Positions 1-12,889 of a stretch of DNA of 64,000 nt are shown here, piece after piece; within the stretch, counting starts at the first letter, position 1; each line of letters starts with the position of its first letter. The DNA lies in NCBI RefSeq assembly GCF_006345805.1, contig NC_043006.1:4154001-4218000 (forward strand), given 5' to 3'. Made by a program: the position numbers and the translations under genes. The stretch comes from Octopus sinensis (Eukaryota). Under the pieces are notes generated by a model. That model made no database searches and had not been told where the DNA came from. It was given only the letters and a program-made list of their open reading frames with translations.

Positions 1-219
1 TTGTAAGATGGTTAATAGTTTTATGGGTGTCTGCCAAGTCAGCTGCCAGACGTCGGAGTTTCAATGTATCCATGCCCAAGGAAGTAAGGCGTTCAGAATA
101 TGGCAAATGCCTGATGGAGGGTATTCTCTTGGTTGCACGTCGCTGAACGGCTTCCAGACGATTAATATCCTGGGCAAGATAGGGGTTCCAGACCGGTGAT
201 GCAAATTCCAGGTGAGGTC
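1..219 (-). mobile_element. CR1-type LINE fragment (RT C-terminal region), same family as 61084-64000
   Basis: Reverse complement of about 63480-63700; ORF 8..199 is nearly identical to part of the antisense ORF 63392..63919. Confidence 0.9.
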
Positions 220-1703
220 GCCATACAAACATTATAACGCCTGTATTAACGCCACACAAACATTATAACACACATATAACGCCATCAAAACGAAATCCCC
301 TGAAGGAGTATGGGTTTTCCAGAAACATAAATAGACGAACATGTAAAAAAAAAAATTGTTCGTGGATACATTCACGCATATTTATGGGAACGGAACGCCT
401 GTCCTTTCCTCAACAAATAATTCGCAGTAAGTAGCCTTTTCTTCTATGCCTTGATCTGACAAAACACTGCTCAGAGTGGACATTATAAACACACATGGCT
501 TGAGATCAACTTGGAAACAACGCCACTTACTCAACGACCTCAGGTGTCGATGTATTGGCCATCAGTGAAACTAGACTCCGACCGACAAGCTTTCTTGACT
601 ATTTTCGGGGGATATAAGATGTACGTATCTCCATGTCAACCTAGAATCGGAGTTAACGACTGTGTTGATCAGGAGAAGTCTGAATTCCTAGATAAGAACT
701 ACCTTCCTGGCCCCAGAAAGTAAGTTGGTGGCCATGGACGTGAACTGTAGTGATGTGGAGAGAAGGGTGGTTTGAGACTGGTGGCTTTTTTACACCAACA
801 ACAGCAGAACAGTCGGATTTCTTGAGACGTTTTGAGGTTTTCCTAGAAACGTTTCGATGGGCGACTGGAACACCGTCTTACACACACGTTTTGTTTGTGT
901 GGGGCTAGCGACTAGAAGGCGGGTGGTAAAAGCCCTGCAAACCTGCTCAGACATTTGCAGCTGTTTGACAAGTATCGACCCTATTTTCCCGGATATTCAA
1001 ATGTAGACATGAAGGAATTGCCCCTGGTTATCCAGGTTGTATCTAGATAGGGTTTTCTGTAGGCCAGTAGGTAAAGATAACATATGATGTCCACTTTTCA
1101 AACTAATCGGCTACACAGACCACAAATTTGTGATCTATATGGTCGCCGTAGATAAGCTTAGAAGGCAGGGAGCCGGTTGCTGGAAGTTGAACAAATTACT
1201 CCCGGTGTGTCAATGCTACAGAGACCGAATTAGAGAATTAGTCAGGAGGACGTTGACAAGGGCACTTCTCAATAAGCGGGGGTTTGCTTTGAAAATGGCA
1301 ATTAGACTAGAATCAGTTTATTAAGGCGTTAGTGATAGAAAGGAATAAAATGAAGGGGTCTTAGAAACATAGAAGAGGCACTTTGGAAGGGCATTGCAAG
1401 CGACCTGCTGACCGCGAGATTGGCCCTGAGCCAATTCTTTGGCGTTAAACACGAAGGTTGCTCTGTTAGAGTTAAGGCGCATGTCAGAGCTAAAGCAAAA
1501 TGTGAAAACAAAGCCACAATTCGGTCTTTGGTTGGCCAAAATGGGCGCGTGGTACTTGAATTTGGGCGAATATATGCAGCATTTCAGCATCGGTTCGCCA
1601 AACGCTTGGGAAGAATAACAGCTCGGCAGATATCCCCGATCTGTGAGTCGACGAGCGGTGGCACTTCTTCTTCTTCTTCTTCTTCTTCTTATTATTATTA
1701 TTA

Positions 1704-1742
<39 letters not shown>

Positions 1743-1987
1743 CATTATTCAAAAAGTTTGATTTGATCCCATAAAGTTTCGTAGCTCCGTTACAGGAATC
1801 TCGCTTGTTGAAGATTGGCGCATCAGAACCAGAATGTATCCAGAAAGTTGGTGGAACATCCCAGTAGAATCAGAAAGCCGGAGTAAACACAACGGACCCG
1901 ATATTGTTCTAAGGGACAGGAAAATAAGTCAAGCACTTTTGAAGAGATCATCTGCCCAGTCATATGTCAGTATCTCATCGTATTAAA

Positions 1988-2192
1988 GCGGCGAGCTGGC
2001 AGAAACGTTAGCACGTCGGGCGAGATGCCTAGCGGTATTTCGTCTTTACGATCTGAGTTCAAATTCCGCCGAGGTCGACTTTGCCTTTCATCCTTTCTCG
2101 GTCGATAAATTAAGTACGAGCTGCGTACTAGGGTCGATCTCATCGACTGGTCCCCCAAAATTTCGGGCCTTGTGCCTCGAGTAGAAAAGAAT
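1988..2192 (+). mobile_element. tRNA-derived SINE, family A (GGCGGCGAGCTGGCAG head; GTCGACTTTGCCTTTCATCCTTTC core)
   Basis: A-box-like head, B-box GAGTTCAAATTCC, core shared with many copies in the window. Confidence 0.85.
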
Positions 2193-2493
2193 ATCTCATC
2201 ATATATTAAAGAAAAAGAGATCTATGGAGAACTGTTTGAAAAAATACAGTTCTGATATACAGGCCATAGATTTTCATTTCTACCTACTAACAGAGATGCA
2301 CTGGGCTAAGTACAAACAGATCGACATAAAAACTACAAATGCTGGGGTAATTCAGGTACCCTGAGTCCCTTCTGTTGCAATCGTTCCAATTATTTAACAC
2401 GGTCCAATTATTTAATAAAAGAGTAAAAAACACAAGAAGTACAGAAGAGGAAAGTGGCGATGAGAAATCGGGTGGAATGAAAGCGTAACTTAC

Positions 2494-2678
2494 GGTGGTC
2501 TGAAATGAAGACTTCCTGCCTGTGCCGTTGAGTTTCCAGAATCAAGCGTTTCGTTAGAAACCGACAATTCTTCACTCAGTGTGGGACTTAGAGTCACTGG
2601 CCCATCAGTCGTCTGCTGTCCTTCTGTTAGCCAAAGACCAACAACGAAAACAAATAAGAACAGAACCAGATTCTTCAT
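2494..2678 (-). CDS. Candidate first coding exon of a secreted/membrane protein (signal peptide + Thr/Ser-rich stalk)
   Basis: ACAGCCATG context; MKNLVLFLFVFVVGLWLTEG|QQTTDGPVTLSPT; donor CC|GTAAGT at 2494/2493; possible acceptor TTTTCGTGTGTCAG at 2717; downstream exons not identified. Confidence 0.5.
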
Positions 2679-3399
2679 GGCTGTTATTTTCTTCTTTTTA
2701 GTGCTCCCCCTGTTTACTGACACACGAAAAGCTTGTATAATCAGAAGGAATAGATTCGACTAAATAAAGAACAGAGGATAAATGTGTAAACTTTTTGTTG
2801 GTGTTGCCTTGTCGTGTGATGGTTCTTGAAGCACAACAACCTTTTCAACAACAGCAGCGGAAGTGTCTACAGAAGAGTCCCGTTGCGAAATCGACCTGGC
2901 TCTGTCACATCTCCACCAAGACACTCATATTTATAACAAACCGCAAGCAAAGAGGTGGTTGTGTATCAAATCTGAGAGAAGAAAAGTTGAACAACAAAAG
3001 GCCATTGACATCAATCGGATCCATTGTCAGGTAAAATACCGCAGGTGAGAACAAGGTGTCTCTTATGCAAAACAACTGCTCAAACAAGATTGTTAACGAC
3101 TACCATCACAGGTATATGCATGTGACCATTACACACACACACACACCACATACACGCACGCACACATGCACAAACACGGAAACACATATGCACTCCCACG
3201 CACTCACACACACACACACAAACAAACACACATGCCCCCTCACACACCCACATATAAATGCATACAAATAAATGTGTTTGTACATGCATCCCTGAGAGAG
3301 TTTGTGTGTGAGTGTGAGTGTGTGTGTGAATTAATATGTTGTGTGTGTGTGTGTGAGCATATATATATATATATATGCTCATATATATATATACATATA

Positions 3400-4145
3400 T
3401 TTCCTGAGTCAAAATCAGTGCGTGACCTGGGTATTGACATGAGCAATGATGCCTCTTTCCAAGTGCATATTACTAATTTGGTGATAAAATGCAGACGGCT
3501 AGCTGGATGGATTCTCCGAACTTTCAGAACTAGAGAGAAGGAGACACTGATGGTCCTCTGAAAAACATTCGTCCTCAGCCGCTTGGACTACTGCTTCCAA
3601 TTGTGGTCACCAAACAATATAAAACAAACAGCAGAACTCGAAGCAATTCAGAGAAGCTACACAAAGAAAATCGTCTCAATGCAAAATATCAGCTACTGGG
3701 AAAGACTGAAAGTATTAAAACTCTTCTCCCTAGAGCGGAGGCGGGAGAGATATGAAGTGGAAAATCCCAAACTTTGGCATTCAAAGTTACTCCAACTGCA
3801 GAACGGGGCGCCACTGCATGGTGCCAAAGATTCCAACATTACCATCAAAATACAGGACCAGATACTGCAACAGCTTGGGTTTCAGAGGACCACAGCTCTT
3901 TAACATCATCCCTAAATGCCTGAGAGACTTGCATAGTATGGATGTGGGTTTCTTTAAAACTAAACTGGATCTCTTCTTGTCGGGGGTCCCAGATGAACCT
4001 ACCTGTCGGCAGGTGACACAGATGCGGGCAGCGGTATCGAACTCCCTTGTCGAACAAGTGCCGCGTATCAGAGGTGGATTCACATACTAATGTAGCTCGT
4101 TCAACGATGGTGCCCCAGCATGGCCGCAGCCTTCGGGCTGAAACA
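3400..4145 (+). mobile_element. Degenerate CR1-type LINE, RT C-terminus and 3' end
   Basis: VRDLGI..HITNLV..WILRTF, LDYCFQLWSP, YWERLKVLKLFSLERRRERY motifs; broken by a stop and frameshifts. Confidence 0.85.
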
Positions 4146-4165
4146 TTTTTAAGGATTTAAAGATT

Positions 4166-4235
<70 letters not shown>

Positions 4236-5244
4236 AAGGATGAAAAGGAACACACGAGTTGATATATATGAAAAAATAGGTCAAAATAGAAAATGCTAAA
4301 ATAACGTTATAAAGAACATTTCAGTACCGGTTTCAGTCATTTTGAGACCTTTTCAACTGTAACGATTAAATAATTAAATTTAGAAAAATTAAAAGAAATG
4401 TTTTTTTAAAGGAATATTTGTATAGTGTTCAAATATAAGTGGTATTTTCCTTGTTTCTGCCTTTCTCTGTCTCTCTTGTTTACACTTGTGGGTTGGAGGT
4501 CGTTGTGAATTCTTGGTAGGGAAGATGAAGAAGGATGATGAGGAGGGGGAGGGGGAAAGCGGTCGCTGCTATACTCTTTCGCCCCAACTTTCTCTCACTC
4601 TTTCTTCTGTTGGCCTGCTCGCTTAGGCAGCGGGGTGGCGTCATTTGAAGGCTAAAACAATGCGAAGCGCATTGTGACCAGCGATGTGTAACAACATCTG
4701 ATAGCCTGGTCGGTCACGGTGATCACGGTGATATATATATATATATATATATTTTAATCTTCGGATTCTTTTTTAATATGCTAGACCACTGGTCTTAATT
4801 GATAAATATCAATTTCTACCCTTAATTAATTTTATATAAATAAATATGTTCTCTAACCGATAAATTAACTGCTGCTAATTATTAGCTGCAGTCTAGTTTT
4901 CTCGGGTTCCAACGCGCCAAGGTAAAGGCATTTGAAAGATATATTCAAATGTAATAGGCTGAACTCCATGCACGCGATATTTCGGTATCGTGTTTGCATC
5001 TAGTCCAGCAAATTACATTTATAACGGACCATGCTGATGATGGCTGCAGTTTTCCTTGCGGAAAATAACAGCTGAAACTAATTTAGTACATGGGTAATTA
5101 TTTTATTTCGTATATTTTTCACTTGTTTATTGCTATGGTTTTGTGTTGAGTTTGATCTGAGAACATAATCTTTTGTGGTGAATGGCGATTTGACGTCTAT
5201 ATCTAGCATGTTGACTGTCCACTTTTCGTGTTCAGTCCTTAATT

Positions 5245-5282
<38 letters not shown>

Positions 5283-5283
<1 letters not shown>

Positions 5284-5468
5284 CAAAGGGTGAGAGAAAG
5301 TTGTGGCGAAAGAATACAGCAGGGACCGCTACTCCCCCCCCTGCCGGAGCCGCGTAGAGCTTTAGGTGTTTTCGCTCAATAAACACTCACAACGCCCGGT
5401 CTGGGAATCGAAACCGCAATCTTACGACCGCGAGTCCGCTGCCCTAACCACTAGGCTATTGCGCCTCC
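5283..5468 (-). mobile_element. tRNA-derived SINE, family C (GGAGGCGCAATGGCCCAGTG-type head)
   Basis: Reverse-complement match to the copy at 30300-30603; also related to 22043 and 45420. Confidence 0.8.
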
Positions 5469-5479
5469 ACACACACTCA

Positions 5480-5564
<85 letters not shown>

Positions 5565-5798
5565 CCATCGTGTTCTGTTTTTGAATTTATTTGCTATATC
5601 CTCTCTCACCTCTGCCACTATCTGGCATATACAGGTGCTTACACTTATCAAGTATTCACCCTAAATTTACAGTACCTACTTGATATATACATATATATAT
5701 ATACAAACATATACGAACATATATATAAACATGTATGTACATACATATACATGTATATGTATGTGTCTATATACACATACACATGTACATATACATAT

Positions 5799-6003
5799 GT
5801 GACCGCGTGTGTACCGTTGGCAATTTTTTTTCCTCTGTCTTACCTTCTCTGGATCTTTCCTTTTCCTATGTTTCCGATGAAGAGCTCCGCTCGAAACGTT
5901 AAACCCTCCTTCTTTCCTTCTTTCCTGAGCGTCCAATAATATTATACTTGTTCCACGTCCCCGCGTTGTTGTGTTTTTTTGTGCTTTCTTGTTTGGATTA
6001 ACT
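5799..6003 (+). mobile_element. About 200-bp non-autonomous repeat with hammerhead-like motif (Penelope terminal-repeat-like)
   Basis: Second copy at 9232-9436; motif CCGATGA-AGAGCTCCGCTC-GAAAC-GTT-AAAC at 5874-5904; flanked by (TA)n. Confidence 0.6.
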
Positions 6004-6332
6004 TTATATATATATAAAACATTATATATATATATATACATACACACATATATATATACATACATATGTATTATGTTTTAATATACACGTGACTGTTGAT
6101 GTGTATCTTCGCATTTTTAATTACTTCAGCGATGCTTGACAAGCGATGTGAACGTCCATCTCACTTAGCGATGCCGCAAATTCTACCGATAAAATGAGTA
6201 CCAAGCTTAAAAATTACAGGGGTTGATATATATAAAGATTACAGGGGTTGATATGTTCGATTAAAAACTTAAAGTTGGAAGTTGGTTCCAAAGCATAACC
6301 TCCGCGTAAACAACACAAATAAAAGATATGTG

Positions 6333-6363
<31 letters not shown>

Positions 6364-6391
6364 GCACATATATATAATCCTACTCTTAAAA

Positions 6392-7560
6392 TTGGCAAAT
6401 GTTGGAATCCGTGGAAAAGTTCTACGCTGGATTCAGTATTTCCTGGCGAATAGAACACAACATGTTGTAGTTGATGGAGTCCACTCAAACCCAGCAAAAG
6501 TCACCAGCGGTGTTCCCCAGGGAACTGTTTTGGGTCCGCTACTCTTCATAATTTACGTAAACGACCTTTCCAGTGTCGTACATCACTGCAAAGTGAAAAT
6601 ATTCGCTGATGACACTAAGCTCCAGCAAATCGTCAATGAAGAAGCAGACCGAACTCAACTCCAGTCTGATCTATATGCTGTGAGTCAATGGGCAGACAGA
6701 AACAAAATGCAACTGAATGAGGGAAAATTTGAGCTGATGCATTTTGGAAGAAATTCTTCACTAAAACAACCATACTCTCTTCCTTCAGGGGAAACGCTCA
6801 CAGCCTCTAACAATATCAGAGACCTGGGTGTAATTGTTGATGACGATCTCAGTTGGAGTGCACACATCAACAAGAAGGTCGATATAGCTCGTAGGATGAG
6901 TTCCTGGATCTTAAGAACTTTCCGGTCTAGAGAACAAGGTGTCATCATACCACTTTTTCCTCCTTTGTACGGCCACACCTTGAATACTGCTGCCCACTGT
7001 GGTCTCCTCACACAAGACAAAACATCTCCAGAATTGAGTCACCCCAGAGGGCTCTCACTAAACAAATTGAAGGCATGGCTGCTCTCGATTATTGGGATCG
7101 CCTTAAAGCCTTGAAACTTTACTCCCTCCAGCGTCGCCGTGAGCGGTACATCATTTGTACGATGTGGAAAATATACCGCCAACTTTGCCCAAACGACCTA
7201 AACATTAGCTTCAAGGTTCATCCAAGACTTGGACCACGGGCTATACATCCCCTGCCAAATTCAAGATCACAACATACACGTACACTGCAACATAATTTCT
7301 TTTCCTCAACAGGCCCTGCCCTATTTAACATTGTCCCGAGAGAGATCAAAGAGGAAAAGGATCCCATCAACTTCAAACAGAGTCTGGATAGATTCCTTCA
7401 AAGAATACCAGATAAGCCACCCATAATTGGATACAACTCACCCAACAAGAACTCACTACTTGAACAAAACTGGATACAACTCACCCAACAAGAACTGACT
7501 ACTTGAACAAAACTTGACTTAAACAGGATTCGAATAATCCTATCAGGTGGTGCTATTAAG
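6392..7560 (+). mobile_element. 5'-truncated CR1-type LINE (RT domain to 3' end)
   Basis: GVPQGTVLGPLLFIIYVND, IFADDTKL, DLGVIVD, YWDRLKALKLYSLQRRRERY; one frameshift near 6960. Confidence 0.9.
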
Positions 7561-7612
7561 TTAGACATGGCCTGGACCAATCTTTGGTCGAAACATATCT
7601 AAGTTTTATCTA

Positions 7613-7687
<75 letters not shown>

Positions 7688-7756
7688 ATATGTGTGTGTG
7701 TATATATGGGTTTATGCATTTTTATCTATCTATCTGTCTGTATGTCTGTCTCTCTG

Positions 7757-7806
<50 letters not shown>

Positions 7807-7949
7807 AATCTATCTACCACTCTCTCTCTCTCTCTCTCTGTCTCTCTCCCTCTCTCCCTATATGTATCTATCCATCTACATATCTATGTATATATCTACG
7901 TATGTATGCTCATTAATATAGTCGCATATCTAAACATGCTCATATATAC

Positions 7950-8410
7950 TTAAATAATTAACTTCCGGAAAGTTTTACAGATTTTTACAGTTCCAGTGAT
8001 AGATTCCATCTTTGGTTTTCGAATCAGCTTTCTCCTTGAGAAGCCTAATTTCTCAAAATTAGTATTTAGGCAGTGTGTTTCATACCCCAGGGCCCCAATA
8101 ATTTCAGGTATAAGCCTGAACTTGTAATCTGGAAAGAGTAACAGCATATTTCTCAATAGTTCAGTGTAGGTGTTCTCTTTTCCACTGATCTTCAGCTTTA
8201 TGTTAACATCCGCTGGGCAGCTAATTTCTACAACTGTGCACGGTTTTTCTTGTCTATCCCAAGTCATTATATCGGGTCTGTTGTGCTTAAATTTTATTAA
8301 GGTCTTCACTGGGAGATTCCAATAGTATTCCTTACTATTAGTGGCTATGGCGTCTACCACCCTGTGGGTTCTTATTTCTTTAGACTCAGGACTATACTTC
8401 AGGCGAATCT
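7950..8410 (-). mobile_element. Restriction-like endonuclease (RLE) domain of a non-LTR retrotransposon, fragment
   Basis: HNRPDIM..VVEISCP.D.N...K...Y..L...IIGALG pattern in ORF 7950..8360. Confidence 0.75.
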
Positions 8411-8633
8411 CATTATGTATGGATGTATAGATGAATAGACGGTTGGATGTACAAGCACAAGCACGGGGTGCTGATTTCGAATCAACATTCTTTCAAGTTC
8501 AATCCCCAATGCACTTTACCTGGGGTAAGTATCTACTCACGGCCTCCACTGTTGAACGACGGTTTCTGAGCGAATTCGATAGACGTACGATGCATGGAAT
8601 CCTGTCACACATATATATTATATATATATAATA

Positions 8634-8664
<31 letters not shown>

Positions 8665-8961
8665 AAGGAAATGAAGAAAATGCTGACAAAATAATTTAAG
8701 TAATTTAAATAATTTAATTAGGTGAAAGTTCTTTTTACCGGTTGCGCATTTGTTATGCTTATCAAAAGATATTTTTTTAAGAGAGAAAGAGTTCTTTTCT
8801 GATATATTTTTTCCTCTTATCTGACTTTATGTTGGGTTTGCTGTCTCTTATATGTGAAAAAAGAGGCTCCAGAGTTGTTTAAGATTTGCTTGGTTTCGCG
8901 CCTAAAATTTCTTGTGGACAATGGTCAATACAATTTTGATTGGTCATTATGAAGGGGTCAC

Positions 8962-8997
<36 letters not shown>

Positions 8998-9149
8998 TTA
9001 AGAAAATAGATGGAAGGAGTAAAAGATATTTTTGGGTACGACACATGTTTCGACCCGTTCTGGGTCTCTTCGGGTACATCAATAAAAAGTCTCACAAGAG
9101 ATATTTGGAGTCGGCTTACGTACCACTATATGTCCATAACACACACACA

Positions 9150-9199
<50 letters not shown>

Positions 9200-9231
9200 T
9201 ATATATATATATACATATACATATATATATA

Positions 9232-9435
9232 TGTGACCGCGTGTGTACCGTTGGCGATTTTTTTCCTCTGTCTTCCCTTCTCTGGATCTTTCCTTCTCCT
9301 ATGTTTCCGACGAAGAGCTCCGCTCGAAACGTTAAACCCTCCTTCTTTCCTTCTTTCCTGAGCATCCAATAATACTATATTTGTTCCACGTCCTCGCGTT
9401 GTTGTGTTTTTTTGTGGTTTCTTGCTTGGATTAAC

Positions 9436-9436
<1 letters not shown>
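9232..9436 (+). mobile_element. Second copy of the 200-bp hammerhead-like repeat
   Basis: Closely similar to 5799-6003; motif at 9303-9337. Confidence 0.6.
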
Positions 9437-9533
<97 letters not shown>

Positions 9534-9884
9534 CATATATGCACAGATACAAATATAAGGCTAAGAGAACTTAATATAATTAATTTATTAAAGGTAGTTA
9601 GATTATTAATTAATAGGAAGATAAAGGGAGAATATATGAAAGTTAAGGGAAAATAGAAAGTAGAAGTAATTGTGCAGAAATGGGCTTCCATAGATTCGTA
9701 TAGAAGAAGAGAAAAGCTACACGTGGAGAACAAAACAAAACTGTAAGAGGATTTGTTACATGATGTTTGGAATGAAAATAAGATAGAAGATAATTAATGA
9801 ATGAGACTAATATTACGGAGATGTACTTGCATAGCAAGTGACCTGATCTGAGATCGTGTGCTGGAACGAAAACAATTGCAGCGG

Positions 9885-10103
9885 GGAAGGTGTTTATAAG
9901 CAATTTAAGAAACACACAAAAATCGTAAGATTCACTTCAACATTTAAATTTGTCAAAATATTTTTGTCGATGCAGCACGGAATTTTGTCAGTGAACCGGT
10001 TGCGATCTCAAAGCGACGAAAATATTTTGGCAAATTAAATTTAAATGTTGAAGTAAATCTAACCGTTTTTGTGTGTTTCTTAAATGACTTATAAACACCT
10101 TCC
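9885..10103. repeat. Palindromic MITE-like repeat
   Basis: Arms GGAAGGTGTTTATAAG...TTTAAATT and AATTTAAA...CTTATAAACACCTTCC; related partial copy at about 26650-26850. Confidence 0.7.
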
Positions 10104-10134
10104 ACCTGAAACTAATATTATATGGGCATAGCTA

Positions 10135-11206
10135 CAGATTTCTGCCCCATCCGACTTTGGATGATCATAACTTTCAGAAAAATGGATATTTTTTAATGAA
10201 ATTTTCTATGAATATGTGTTATATCATGTAGATACCGAATATAGAAGATTTTGAGGGGAAAGTGTTCTAGGAGGGGGTGAGGTGGGGAATTTCGGAAAAT
10301 TCCTCAGAGTCCAATTCGTCTTAACTTTTAGAAAAACAGATATTTTTTATGAAATCCTCTACAAATATACCTCCAACTATGTTCCGAGGAGAAAAGCATT
10401 TCGCAGTTATTTTTGAGAACTGTTCCCCACCATGGGGTGTTTCGGAACAAATCGACCATATTAGTTTCATTTTCTCCGTTTTGTGTGTTTGTGCATCCGT
10501 AGTTTTCTACACACATCCACACACACATATTTAAATTAATTAGTTCCAACGGGGTATCATTACATTTAGTATCAGGTTTATTATAGAGATTATGTAACAA
10601 ATTATACTTTACACTTCTATATTTAACTGAGCGTGTATATTCCTTATTCTTGCTTCTGGTGTCTTCTGCCTTTCTATTAGAAACGTTTACCTGGGAATTT
10701 ACTTAAAGTGAAAAAAATTCGTATTCGACAGATAAGTCGTCTTAATAGCATATTTCTATGTACCAGACCTTTAGCAGTTATTTTTAGCATGATGAGTTTT
10801 CTGGTGACGGCTTCATTTGCCTTCATTGTCCATTTGTTGCTTTAGTAGAAATCTACGGATGTACAAACCGTAGAAAATAACTATTTGATAACTATTCCCC
10901 CTTAGTGGGGAATAGTTATCAAAAATTACCCCCAATTGTTTTCCCCAAAACTTCTTATGTCCTCGGAATCTACATAGCTGGAGGTATATTTGTAGAGGAT
11001 TTCATTAAAAATATATCCATTTCTATGAAAGTTAAGACGAATTGAAGTGGATTCCGGTAAATTATCCGAAATTCCCCAGCCCACCCCCTCCTAAAACACT
11101 CCCAAATTTTGCATATAATCCATATCCGTAGAAAATTTCATTAAAAAATATCCATTTTTCTGAAAGTTATGATCATCCAAAGTTGGCGGGGGTAGGCAGA
11201 AATCTG
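10135..11206. mobile_element. Non-autonomous DNA transposon (Tc1/mariner-type MITE) with long imperfect TIRs
   Basis: TA|CAGATTTCTGCC ... GGCAGAAATCTG|TA; inverted similarity extends about 250 bp (10135-10390 vs 10960-11206). Confidence 0.75.
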
Positions 11207-11486
11207 TACTTATATTATTATATGTAATATTTAAATGTTAATTATACAAATCTATATATCCATATGTAATAATTATCCCGCAAAAACATATACACTCACT
11301 TTTATTCGTATATATAAAAAATATATATGCGCATACGTACAGACACACACACACACACGTATATAAATACTTACACAGACACATAAATACACATATGCAC
11401 AGATACATACCTACAGAAATATCGAACATAGAAGAAAAAACAAAGTGGAAAAATTATACATTTAAATTAAGTTACTTAATCTATTT

Positions 11487-11958
11487 AAAACAGGTTTTAT
11501 TAATAGTTATGTATATACACCCACCCAAGGACAAATTAAAAAAGTTTTACATATGAATAAATTGAATTCATGCAAAACAGGTTTTATTAATAGTTATGTA
11601 TATACACCCACCCAAGGACAAATTTAAAAAGTTTTACATATGAATAAATTGAATTCATGCAAAACAGGTTTTATTAATAGTTATGTATATACACCCACCC
11701 AAGGACAAATTAAAAAAGGTTTACATATGAATAAATTGAATTTAAGCAAAACAGGTTTTATTAATTGTTATGTATATATACCCACTCAAGGACAAATTAA
11801 AAAAGGTTTACATATGAATAAATTGAATTTAAGCAAAACAGGTTTTATTAATTGTTATGTATATATACCCACTCAAGGACAAATTAAAAAAGTTATACAT
11901 ATGAATAATTTCATTTATGCAAAACAGGTTCTATTAATAGTTATGCATACACGCACCC
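11487..11958. repeat. 87-bp minisatellite, 5 full units plus a partial unit
   Basis: AAAACAGG unit starts at 11487, 11574, 11661, 11748, 11835 and 11921. Confidence 0.95.
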
Positions 11959-12299
11959 AACATCCTAGTTGTAACCTATAGATTTGTCCTGGTTCCTCGG
12001 TACATACCTGATATTCCCTCAGTATAGTGACTGCGGGATTGTCCGCTTATGCAGACACAGCTCTCCCGTGGCCTAGCCCCAACATGATGCCCCTGAAATT
12101 ATCCAGCATTCGCAACAAAGAATTCAAATGTCAAACTATATAAAGCAGCGAGAAGGGGCAACCTGGTGCAACCGAATGTTCAATATTGAAAGGTTCCAAT
12201 AGGGGGCCCTTTTAATTTAACGACAGAGCAAACGCCACTATACATTGTGGTGTTCCAGCGTATAAAGACGGGGGCCGAAACTGACAGCTATTTAGGTCA

Positions 12300-12570
12300 G
12301 TCGCCAGATCGCTACATGGAATCGATCGCGTTGTCCCTTCTTGTGTAATTCTTCTTCATGTCTTTTTTGTACTTCTTCCTTTGTTATTCCTTTTCTCTCT
12401 GCTCTCAATACTCCTTCGTTCCTGATTGTCACTAGCAAGGTTTCCTTACTATGGGCGACGTATCTCATTAAGCTCTCGAGTTCAATACGCACGCAGTCTT
12501 CCACACTTATCAGTCCCCTTCCTCCATTTGCTCTCTTCATGCATAGGAAATTAGTTCCTGCACTTGCATT
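12300..12570 (-). mobile_element. R4/Dong-type LINE fragment
   Basis: KRANGGRGLISVEDCVRIE motif; abuts (TAT)n at 12572-12611. Confidence 0.7.
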
Positions 12571-12571
12571 C

Positions 12572-12612
<41 letters not shown>

Positions 12613-12873
12613 GGCGGCGAGTTGGCACAATCGTTAGCACGCCGGGCGAAATGCTAAGCGGTATTTCGTCTGCCGTTACGTTGTGAGTTGAAATTCCGCC
12701 GAAGTCGTCTTTGCCTTTCATCATTTCGGGGTCGATAAAATAAATACTAGTTACGCACTGGGGTCGAAAGGCAAAGTCGACCTCGGCGGAATTTGAACTC
12801 AGAACGTAGCGGCAGACGAAATATCGCTTAGCATTTCGCCCGGCCTGCTAACGTTTCTGCCAGCTCGCCGGCT
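12613..12873. mobile_element. Two family-A SINEs in inverted (tail-to-tail) orientation
   Basis: + copy 12613-12766, - copy about 12768-12873. Confidence 0.85.
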
Positions 12874-12889
12874 TAAATTATTTGCAAGT

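Noticed and set aside
480-1660. GC-richer block that might be a decayed retroelement or coding region
   Set aside because: No frame gave a motif I could assign with confidence, so it is left unannotated.
2294-3030. Possible + strand exons 2294-2355 (TACTAACAG acceptor) and 2873-3030 (CAG|GTAAAA donor)
   Set aside because: The phases do not match each other, the peptides have no recognisable motif, and they overlap the region of the better-supported - strand exon.
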